Part shown: piece after piece, positions 42,641-52,795 of the stretch
Layout of the letters: each line of letters starts with the position of its first letter
Position numbering within the stretch: the stretch's first letter is position 1
Source: Marsupella aquatica
Lineage: Eukaryota; Plantae; Marchantiophyta
DNA: 64,000 bases
Reading direction: 5' to 3'
NCBI GenBank assembly: GCA_973895155.1
Contig: OZ316896.1
Coordinates: 12,442,549 to 12,506,548 of the forward strand
Notes under the pieces: generated by a model
What the model saw: only the letters and a program-made list of their open reading frames with translations
Database searches by the model: none
Told to the model about the DNA's origin: nothing
Program-made: the position numbers and the translations under genes

Positions 42641-43010
42641 GGGGCTGCCTCGCGAGCCCATAGGGCTGCGTGCCCGGGCGATTAATGGGGCTCCGCGAGC
42701 TGAAGGGGCTGCCTCGCGAGCCCATAGGGCTGCGTGCCCGGGCAATTAATGAGGCTCCGCGAGCTGAAGGAGCGCAAGCGAGCGGGGGGGGGGGAGTTAA
42801 AGGGCCTCCCGCGAGCTGGGAGGATCACGCGAGCGGGGGGGAGTTAAAGGGCCTCCCGCGAGCTGGGAGGATCACACGAGCGGGGGGGAGTTAAAGGGCC
42901 TCCCGCGAGCTGGGAGGATCACGCGAGCGGGGGGGAGTTAAAGGGCCTCCCGCGAGCTGGGAGGATCACGCGAGCGGGGGGGAGTTGAAGGGCCTCCCGC
43001 GAGCCGGGAG
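42641..43010. repeat. GC-rich tandem arrays: 2 x 65 bp followed by 5 x ~47 bp
   Basis: GGGGCTGCCTCGCGAGCCCATAGGG... occurs twice, and GCGAGCGGGGGGGAGTTAAAGGGCCTCCCGCGAGCTGGGAGGATCAC occurs about five times. Confidence 0.9.
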
Positions 43011-43440
43011 GAATGGCCGCGCGCCCTGCATAGGGCCGCGCGCAGGAGGACGCAAGGGTAAGGCCCGAGAAATGGGCCGGGGCGCATGGCGAAGGCGCCA
43101 GGAGTTTTTTCGGTTCTATTTTTTTTTTTTTTCCTTCCTTTTTCTTTCCCTCTTCCTTTTGCACGACCCTCTCATTGCCGAAAGCAAAAACGGGGTTCTT
43201 CTCTCTCTTGCCGGAAGCTCTCTCCAGATTCTAATTATTTTTGAAGCTCTCTCTTTCATGGTGGATTAGTGGGGCTTGCTGGCGTCATTCTTCCAGGCAT
43301 TAGTGGCGGCCGCACGGAGTAGTGACGGGAAATTGAGAGAATTTAAGTGATCGGGCTACGGGGGCTGTTTCGGGCCAGGGAATTGACATTGCCACGGGTG
43401 ACGGGATTGGTGATTGAGAAATTGATTTCGGGATGCATGG

Positions 43441-45297
43441 ATGCTAGATCAACCAGAGTTTAGTGCGTCACGCATTCGGAGATACAAGGCTGCTTACCGT
43501 GACTACGTGGAGACTCGGATTACACGGGAAAGGGAAGAGAGAGAAGTTATGATGAGCACGGGATTGGCAGCGGGTTCCTCACCGGTGGGTAGGAAGATTT
43601 TTCGTCGAATTTATCCCAAGACCTCCACCAAGGTGATGGAGGATTGTCGGAACATTTTCCAAGCCACCGGGCTTACAGAATTCATGAAGGTGGAGATTAC
43701 CATCCCTTCAGGGAAGAGCTGGGACATTGAGGCCGGGATGGAGTTCCGAACGGAGGGAATCTACTTTGAATGTCTCAAACGTGTAGTGCCCCATGTGGAG
43801 TTGGCTAAGCTATTGTTTCTTGAGAATCAGAAATTCTCATTCACACCTCGGAATATCAGGGGAGAACTCACGTTGAAAATGGTGGCCACTTGGGTGACCA
43901 ATCCTACCTCCACCACCGCCATCCCTCTTTCTGCTGTCAAGGATGTTGAGTATAAGGGCTTCCTGGCCAAGGTGCATCAACGGGTTCTTGGCAACGTGCA
44001 ATCCGGAGTGCTGAATGAGGAGCATTTCGTGGTAGCTATGGACATCAAGAACTACCCAGCCCATGTGTACGGATGGTGGTGCTACGGATTGAAGAAGCTA
44101 TTGGCCGCTGAGCCCGGGAGTGTGAAACCAGGTGGGGCTGTACATTTGATGGGGTCATTTGTATTGGCCAGGGCAGAAGGGTTGATTGGTTCTCCGGGGC
44201 ATGAAGACACGGGATCATCTCTCACCACGGAGATCCGGAGTATTGCCACTACCGTTTTAGGGAAGCTCACGGAGGAATCATTGTCTGCTGGTGGGGAGGA
44301 TAATAGAGAAGAAGAGAACCAGGAGGATGATTGCACATTGGAGTGGCTTGAATCACTCGTGGGAGATCCGAAACAGCCTCTGGAATACAACATTCCGGAT
44401 GTTTACTTGGCAGAGCTACGGGATTTCAGAGAGGGAGTCCACGAGGGACTCAAGCTAGTCCACGCATTGAGGGAGTCTCTCAAGCACGCCACAGTCAAAG
44501 TAGAGACGTTAGAGCAGAGCATCCTGTCACTGAAGGAGGTGATCAAGACCAAGGAGCAGACCATTCATGAGAAGGTCAGGCACATCAATGCAGCTCACGT
44601 AGAGATCACCAACTTGAAGGGAGCTTTGTCCACCAAGGCCAAGGAAGCAGAAGAAGTAGGAGCGTTGAGGCAAGCATTGGCCAAAGAGAAGCAAAATTCT
44701 GGAGAAGTGATGGAGTGGAGGAACCAGGTGGGAGCACTACGGAGTCAGGTGGCAGCCTTTGAGACACGAGCGAAGAGAAGTGAGGCCCTGAGTCTAGGGA
44801 AACGGAAGAGTCCCGGCACACCTGGCTCCACACTTTCCCCGGATGTGATCTCCCAAGCTATCGAGATGGTGGTGAAGGAGGTTAGTGGGAAGTATGGACC
44901 CTTGTTGGATGGAGCCAAGAAGAGTCAGGAGAAGAGTAAGAGCTTGGAGAAGAAGCTCCGGGAGGTACGGAAATCGTTACGGGAGGCTCAGGTCAGTACG
45001 GGGATGCCACCCAGGTCTGTCACCCCCGGGACTCCCATGGCCACGGGGCAAGTTCTACCGTTGGAGTTGCGGTCCGGAGAAGAGGCTACCCTCTGGAAGG
45101 ACACAATTGGTGAGGGGTACATCAAGGCGTGGCAGGCCTTGGCTGCTTTGAGGAAGCGCGGGAGCAGCAGCACTAAGAGTACTCCGTCGAAGAAGAAGAA
45201 AAGTACGGTGGCACTCACTCCCGTGAGTGATGAGGAGGAGGACCACTCACGGGGCACAAGTCCGGGCACCGAGAGCGAAGAAGAAGAGGAGGATTAG
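43441..45297 (+). CDS. Intact 618-aa intronless ORF of unknown function (globular N-half, long coiled coil, basic NLS-like and acidic tail); probable retroelement accessory protein
   Basis: Uninterrupted 1857-nt ORF. Heptad-rich segment ~aa 325-450 and ~490-515, SKKKKS near the end, and a terminal ESEEEEED. No RT, integrase, protease or CCHC motif recognised. Confidence 0.7.
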   Translation: MLDQPEFSASRIRRYKAAYRDYVETRITREREEREVMMSTGLAAGSSPVGRKIFRRIYPKTSTKVMEDCRNIFQATGLTEFMKVEITIPSGKSWDIEAGMEFRTEGIYFECLKRVVPHVELAKLLFLENQKFSFTPRNIRGELTLKMVATWVTNPTSTTAIPLSAVKDVEYKGFLAKVHQRVLGNVQSGVLNEEHFVVAMDIKNYPAHVYGWWCYGLKKLLAAEPGSVKPGGAVHLMGSFVLARAEGLIGSPGHEDTGSSLTTEIRSIATTVLGKLTEESLSAGGEDNREEENQEDDCTLEWLESLVGDPKQPLEYNIPDVYLAELRDFREGVHEGLKLVHALRESLKHATVKVETLEQSILSLKEVIKTKEQTIHEKVRHINAAHVEITNLKGALSTKAKEAEEVGALRQALAKEKQNSGEVMEWRNQVGALRSQVAAFETRAKRSEALSLGKRKSPGTPGSTLSPDVISQAIEMVVKEVSGKYGPLLDGAKKSQEKSKSLEKKLREVRKSLREAQVSTGMPPRSVTPGTPMATGQVLPLELRSGEEATLWKDTIGEGYIKAWQALAALRKRGSSSTKSTPSKKKKSTVALTPVSDEEEDHSRGTSPGTESEEEEED

Positions 45298-48200
45298 ATA
45301 GGCGTACGGACGTGGGTGTACGGCCTCCAGATTTCCAACATTTTAGTGGGGGGTCACTCATGGGCTTGTTGGGATGAGCTCGCGGAGCTGATTCCAACAA
45401 GAGGCGGCGCTCCTCAAACGGAGCCAGGATGAGCAAGTTATGGCCTGGAGAACTTATGTTTTTGCGGTACGGAAACGGCCATAACTCAGGCGTCTGAAGT
45501 CCGTTGAGGGAGCGACTTAGTGATTCGGAAGCAGGAAAAGAAGAGCTATCCAGGGGTGAGCTCAGGTGTGCACTTGGAAGGGCACCTAGTTTCGGCCATT
45601 TTGGGGTGCCTCTCACTTTCAGGGTTCACGTGTACTGTTGGGGCGCCGTCGAAGGCACCGTCGGCCCCCTTGTTTTGGGTTTAGGGTTTTAGCAGCATGT
45701 GTGTGCCGCATGCTCCTCTTCAGTTTAAGGATTTCTCTTAGTGCAAGGTTTTAGCGGCGCCGCTAGGGTAGCCGCCACCGTTGTGACCCTGTGAGGGGTG
45801 CTTTGGTGTGATTTTTCAGTATTTAGGGGGATAGCCCCGAAGTAGTTAGGGGGACTCAGTGTGAAGTTAGCAAGGAGGGATAGAGTGGAGCCTGAGGAGT
45901 TTGAAAGCGTGTTCAGAGTAGTGAGGGGGAGCCATACTCATTGTCCGGAGAGGCAGGAGTTGAGTAGACGGCAGGAGGCCGGGTTACTCATGCAATGTGT
46001 ATCGTTTTTCCCAAGAGATATGGATCTGTACATTTGACTTGATGGGCTTTTGTTGTGTGTTCCTTCTCCCTTTTTCGCTTTCCGAATTGTGTTCTCCCGT
46101 TCTATGATTTGAAGAAACTTGCTTGGTTTGAGTCGGCCTTGTGAGTAGGGGTGGTGACAGCACTCTTTGGGTGACTCCGAGTGAAGGTGTAGTGGGGTAG
46201 TCGGCAGGACTTGATCAAAAGCTGTGGGGTGAGGGTAGTCGGTAGACTTGATCAAAACCTACATTTCCGGGAGCGGAAACCAAAATACTCATCCTGGTGT
46301 GAAAAGAATCCAAATAGCGTCCCTCCACGACCCCGTAATACGATACCAACGGTTTAAGCGAAGAAAAGTGCGGTTTGCACGTATTAACCGTTGGAGAGGC
46401 AAGTGACAGTTGGCCAACAAAAAAGACGTTGGATGTTGGCGCACAATTATGATAGGGCAAGGGTTCAAGTCATTGGATTTTGTACATTGACAATTAAGAT
46501 CAGATGCTGATGATTAATGATGACTGTGTGCAAATTAAATCAATGATACTTTAAGTTTCCTATATGTTCTTTATTCATTTTCCTAGTGTTGTTTCTGTGA
46601 TATGAGGGTATGTCACCATCAAGTTGCATCAAGCATGTTTTAGCAAACAACTTTGCTGTCTAAAATAGATTTTTTATGTTGCTGCCTAGCTTGGGGACCT
46701 CCTCATTATACAAATTTGAAGAAAATGGATTTATTGAAAAAAATTGATGAATTTTATCAAACCGATCAGATGAAGGGGAAGAGAAAACAAAAATTTAAAA
46801 ACTCTGATGGGAGTGTGATAGGATAAAAGAAAGGAAACAGGTGGATGGTTTGGGGAGGGGCAAGGACGGGGAAAAAACATTTGTTTTCTAGTTAGGTAGG
46901 AGTGGAATGCACTAAAATGTTTTGATGCCCTGATTACCTTTGTTGACCTAGTTGCCACAACTCTCACCCAAGCTCCTTCCATCTTACTATTAAAGCGTCA
47001 ACTCAAGTCTACTTTTAAGAACCTAGGTCTAGAGTGAAGCCTCTAGACCGTAACTCTATGGTCATCATGTGCATGGGAGAAACTCATGACATCATCAATG
47101 TACATACCAGTTTTCCTTGATAATTTCTATATGCATTATGGCCCCACCACAACATATGTGCATTAAAAAATACACATGTGCACATAAAGAAGAAGGGTAT
47201 ATTATATATGACTATTAAAATGATGAATTTTTTTATCATTTCATTAACCTTCAAAGAATATGGATAGAAAATATATTTTGATAATTTTTTATTATACTCT
47301 CTGCTATTTACGTTCAAAGAACGGGTAGTCGGGGCTAGTACCTCTTGCTCTAGAACTCTTGACCACCTTCCCCACCAACAAATTTTTGTATGGACCATCC
47401 TCAATGTTGCCTGTGTAATTTTGCCTTAACAACATAGGTAGGGCATTTAATTTATGGTTTCCGCTTTCCTGATTGTCTGTGCATTTTTTCTCTTTGTAAT
47501 CAACCACTACAATAGGGGATCCCGTCCATTATGGCAGATGGTCTGTTTACAAAAAGTAGAAAAGCAAGAATAATCATAGTCTTCCACTGAAAATGGGTTG
47601 TCCGACAAATATAGTCACCATTGGATCTGCCTCTAATAAACCTCTTCTAACCAATTCCTGCCTAACCTGCCTGGATGCCCATTACCTGGTGGCATGTGCC
47701 TCTTGTGCATTGGCTAAGCCTGCCTTGGCTCCCTGCTATGCAAGCCCCTTTCTCTCCTTGCCCTTTTTGCTCATTTGCCTGTGCCCTGTGCGCATCAGCT
47801 TGCCCTTCTGTCTCACCCACGGCCTCCCTGATGTGCCCCTACACCATGCCCCACATTCACCACCTTCCTTGTCCTGGGAGGGGAAGGAGATGAAGGAGAG
47901 GGAGAGACAGGGAAAGGCAAAAAGGGAGGAAAAGACATAGAATAATGACTATGCCTAAACCGAGCAAAATCACAATTGTTGTCAACCATGTCATGCACTC
48001 TCAGAGTCCCTTGCCCTTCCCAACAACAACATGTTTGAAGGGAGGTTCTGGAAGTTGGTTGATAGATTGCCTGAAGGGATCCTAAGAATTCCTGACTTCA
48101 TATCCACGTACCTTGAAGAAGAGTATGAGAGTGGTTCCATGTGCGTACGGGAAGGGAGCGTCGAGCCACCCTGCCCCTCCCATCCTCAATCCTTGGAAAC

Positions 48201-50123
48201 CATTGGCTGGCTAGGCCACAGTCTCATGGGGCGACTGCTCCCTGCCCCGCCCTCTTGCTCCCCACGCCCTCCGGTTCCCAATACCGAGTGCCAAGGGCCT
48301 TTTTGCCCGGGCCCAAAAATGAGCCCGACTTTGGATGCAGCAGAGGCCGGCCCAAGTCTGTTGCAAGCTCCAACACCATAGCTGGAGCTCCCAAGCTTTC
48401 GATCAAGCTCTCAACACTTGAGCCCAACATTGAACACTTACCATAGAATCGCGGAACTCGACTACTCAACACTTAACTCCGGAGTCGCTGACTCCGACGC
48501 CGAGCTCCCTTATGGTCCAGGCCCGAATAGGCCATCCTGGGAGGACTTAGCATGGGGGAGACTTGTGGGCAATGGGGCGTGGCACTGGTGAAGGTAAGGC
48601 GCTAAGCTGGTGACACACACTAAGGACTTAGACTAGCTGAGGGCTGGTCAGGTCAAGGGGCCGGGCTCAAGGTTGACTGCCTAGATCACCCGATGGACTT
48701 TGAGTTCTGAGGCTTGAATGCAAGCTCCTCTTGGGCCCAAGGCCAATGGAGTTGACTCCATGGGCAACGCACGATCCAGGTTTGGCCGATCAGGGGCCCT
48801 GGGCGACAATGAGATCTGAGGGCCTAGGCATGAACACTAGGTTGACCCAATCACAACGGGCTAAGGCACCCCGCCTACGGACGCCTAACTAGAAAGTTAT
48901 GGACATTGTCAGTTGGTGGTGCACCTAGACATGTGGGTTGGGGTCCAAGTGGGGGGCCAAAATTTGAGGACCAAAGTTGGTCCGGGGTGGCAGGTCTCCA
49001 GAAGTATATATGAGGGGAGTGGTGTCTCCCTGGGGGCTAAGAGCAAACCAAAGTCGTGAGCCGCAGAGGTCGCGACACTAAGGGAAAACGCCAAACGAAA
49101 ACGGTGATAACTTCCCAATGGGAAGTCCGTTGGGGAACTTCTTGGGTGCGGAAAGCTCTCAAGGAGGGCTACATCCTCCTGAGCTTAGCTGGGTCTGGGG
49201 GTGCCATAGGTTCTCAAGGTTTGCGAGCTATCTGACCTGCTTGCCAAATCCTGCTGAAACAGCAGCCAAGCCACATTCAGTTTCTCAAGGGAGCTTGCGT
49301 TGGGGAGGCAAGGCCAAGTAGGCATCGAGGTTGAGTTCCAAGGGCACTTGGCCCCTAGACCATCAGCAGAGCAAGAACCGGGAGTTGGTTGCTAGAGTCA
49401 AGGCCATTCTGGTCCATGCGTGTTGGGACAAGCTTGGGGCAAGCTTTAGGATAAGCTATGCTAATTGGGCCATGAGCATGTCCTGGGGGCAGGGTGGTCA
49501 GTTGGTGATGGATAGGTACGAGGGGAACCCGGGCCGCGCCCAAGGCAGGAGCTGTTCTAGACAAACAGTGGGTGTCGGTTCTGGTTCCGGCTTATGGCAT
49601 TGGGAGGACCTATTACTAACCTACCTACCAATGTCTGTTGAGCTTGAGTTAGGATGCTAGACTTGGGAGATCTAGATCCTGAGGGGTTACTTACCAAGAC
49701 GCTTGGTTGCTTGTGCAGACAATGAAGGCCGTTGAGTAGCGGTTGTGTTGGAGAGCAAGTGCGGCTTCATATGGGAGGGGCCGCTAGCGGTGCAAGGGGC
49801 ACCAGGTAGCTTGCTTGAGGTATTCCGTGGAGGCGCTCGGGCACCAGGGGCACTTAGGCGTGGGTGTTGGGATCGGTGAGGGTGATGGGTGGCAAGGTCC
49901 ACCACTCTTAGCCAGTGCTCCTGATCTTCATTGCTGCTGAGGCGCTCTGCACACCCGATGCACTCCCTACCGATCTTGATCACTTTTGAACCCTCAGCCA
50001 ATAATGTTGAGTTGTGCAGCCAAACTTAAGGACGCTTTCTACTTTGATGGTGTCATTTGCCATTGTTGTGCAGCTAATGTTGCCATAGTTTGACAACTCC
50101 ACTTAAATGTTCTACTAGACTCC

Positions 50124-51300
50124 ATGGACAATGATCCTCTTACTCAATCAAAATTTTGTAGAGCACTCCTATTTTCTCAGATAGTTCTGTCCTTTATGCA
50201 AGCACTTGGGTTAGTCCATATTCGGCCAAGATAGGTGATAGATTAGTGGTACATTAAGCCTCATACACGACAACAATTAATCATTTGGATTGATGAGACA
50301 CCCTGGGAGGATCCAACCCGCTTTCAAGAGTTTTTCCAAATTAGTCCCCCACTGTTTCTCTACATATGTGAGCTGTTGCATGAAGATATGATCATAGACC
50401 CTCCCATTTCATTGCAAGATTTGCCCAATTGACAACTCTTGGTAATGAGGCAAGTTGCTCTTGCCTTGAGGCGTCTTGGTACTGGTGATACATTCACAAC
50501 TCTTGGTGAATTGTTTGGAGTTTTAAAGAGTTTTGTTGCGAAGGTGACTTGGAACTTCATTTCCTCTTTACGAAGGAGAGTTGCACATGTTATTTGGTGG
50601 ACAAATGAGGCAAGTCTACCTGAAGTGAAATAGGAATTTTAGGACAGATGGGGTTTTCAAAATTGCTATGGAGCTATTTGGCACTCACTTGCCTATTGAG
50701 CTGCCATTCGGTGAGGACTCTACTCAATACTATGATTGGAAGCACAAGCTCTCAGTCTCTATGCAAGCCATTTGTGACCAGAGATTAAGGTTCTTGGATG
50801 TATGTTATGGATTGCGGGGAAGCATTCAAGATACTAGATTAATGAGTATGTCCCAATTCTATTACCAAGTCACTCAACATCATACTCGACTGGTTGGGTC
50901 TCTATTCCATTATCAAGATGGCAGGATGCTGCAGGAGTACATCATTGGGGATGGCGGGTATCCTCTACTCCCTTGGCTAATTGTTCCTTTTCCACAAGGT
51001 GTATCAAAGCAGGTTGCAGATAATGTGTGTGAAAGAGCCTTTGGAAGGTTGAAAGGCACATGGAGAATTCTAAGTAGGGTGCTATGGAAGCCCCGCATTG
51101 AAAGACTTGGGCCAATGATTTTTTCTTGTTGTATTCTCCACAATCTCATCATAGATAGGAATGATGGGCTGCCAAATGTTGTTTGGCAGCACTATCCGCC
51201 TCACCCACCAGACTCTACAAGGGTCTTACGTCCTAATAGGAGAATGTATAGAGGTGGACCAGAAGGACGAATGGCCTTAATGGACCATGTAGGATGGTGA
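50124..51300 (+). pseudogene. PIF/Harbinger DDE transposase (HARBI1/ALP1-like), inactivated
   Basis: Motifs RFQEFFQIS...LFLYIC, QVALALRRLGTG, CYGAI/GTHLPI (frameshift at the first catalytic D), MQAICD...RFLDV, GSIQD, YIIGDGGYPLLPWLIVPF, ERAFGRLKGTWRIL and CCILHN. Several premature stops. Confidence 0.9.
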
Positions 51301-51799
51301 GAACTGCTGAAATTTGGAATTTTTGAAAGAATGCCAATTCAGCCATTGTAATGTCATTTATTATTGTAATGCAATGCTTGGTAATTTCATAAAGCCTCCA
51401 AGGCAATTCAAGTCTACTTTAGTTTTGAGTGTGAAGCAATAAGCCCTTTCAATTGTTGAATCATCTAGGAGCACAACAATTCACCATTTGGTTCAGAAAA
51501 GACTATATACATCAAAAGGTTTTAGTCACAGCAGATCAAAGTACTCTTGCATAAGTAAATAGTGTTCACAAAATCAAAACTGTGTACATTGAATTCGCCA
51601 CTTACAAAATGTCATTTCTACTTCTACTAAAGCAAACACCATTTAAAACTTGGTGTGCCTATGATCAGTTTCAAAGTGATAATCAGGTCTTCTAGCTTTG
51701 CAGATTCCCATTGTCTATAGAACTACTAGAGATCTGTCCCATGGATGTACAAAGACAGGAGCAAAGAAATCAACTTTTGAAGCATGAGTTCATTGTCTT

Positions 51800-52795
51800 A
51801 GTCCATCGGCAAGGTATCTCACAAAGTCAGCAATGAATGCATGAGCAACGTTGCTTCAGCCTAAGCATATAATGTATCATTATATCTCTTGTTGTTAAAA
51901 GTGAGAAGTTCTTTGTGCTCCTCCCTTCTTGCAACATGATCCTCCCCAATTGTTTTGACAAAATGCTTAGTCACTTTGTGCACTTCATCTCTTGTCCGCT
52001 TGGCTGCTTGCTTTCTTTTCCAGCCCCTAGTGGTTGATGGATGTGCATCCCCCTATCCAGTGACAGAGGCCAGACTTTATCCCATGGGGCTAGGGTTAGG
52101 GGAGTTGGTCGGCTGAGATGGTGTGGATCAATTCCTGCCTGGGTGACCAGTCTCAGCAGGAGTTGGCGGATCACGAGTGGTTGATGGTGGTATGTATGAC
52201 GTATCCAAAGGGTCTGCATCAGAATCTAGGTCCTCATATGCAGCATCAAGATTTTGCTCAATTGGGTCACCTCCACCCATGTCTGAATTGGTACTGGACC
52301 ACAATTGGGCTTTGGGAGTCATGCCTGATCCTGGGTCGATGGATTGACGGACAGCTTCTTCAGCTTCGGCATCTGCTGTGTTGTCAACATAATGATTAGG
52401 ATCTGGATTGACAACTCTATTAGTTGGGATAAAGACAACCATAGTCTCATAAATATCTTGCTGGAAAGTAGTGGGCAAGCCCCGATCCTTCTTCTCACAC
52501 CTTGACAACTTAAAGTACCCGTCAGCACCAGAGGGGTTGTTGGCCTAGAAGTCAAAAATCTTTTTGAAATCTATCAATATTTCTCCCATCTTTTCTTGCA
52601 CTGCTTTGAGCCACTTTGAACATTGTTTGCCTTACACATGTCTTCAATTTCCTTTCACCTTTGCTCAGCTGTTCGAATTCGTTCTCTGGATGAGTCTAGC
52701 TAAGACTGTTCTTGCTGGTATTTCTTACTATCCACAAGGACCAGCAGTTCCCTTGTGTCCCATTGAGCAGTTCTTGCCATACACTCCTCTGCCAT
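51800..52795 (-). pseudogene. Harbinger Myb/SANT (trihelix-like) DNA-binding ORF, inactivated
   Basis: MAEECMARTAQWDTRELLVLV...R*KEIEDMC...QCKKRWEK/ILIDFKKIFDF*...YFKLSRCEKKDRGLPTTFQQDIYETM, with stops and a frameshift. It is convergent with the transposase, as expected for two-gene Harbinger elements. The 3' limit is approximate. Confidence 0.8.

Larger units (their letters stand above)
42276..46408 (+). mobile_element. 4.13-kb integrase-type insertion resembling a giant solo LTR (TG...CA ends, 5-bp TSD)
   Basis: Begins TGTGAC and ends GTGACA. GTTGG lies immediately on both sides (42271-42275 and 46409-46413). The interior is GC-rich, with no internal long direct repeat and no gag/pol motifs. 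Confidence 0.65.

Noticed and set aside
42778-43010. Regular repeats that might suggest a CRISPR array
   Set aside because: Head-to-tail units with no unique spacers, no cas genes and a eukaryotic context.
46336-46350. TGGTATC on the minus strand as a tRNA-iMet primer-binding site
   Set aside because: Only a 7-nt match, not preceded by an LTR CA end, and located inside the TSD-bounded unit.
48000-50000. GC-rich block with many short ORFs beside the Harbinger transposase
   Set aside because: No coherent frame or domain; likely decayed transposon interior or captured sequence.
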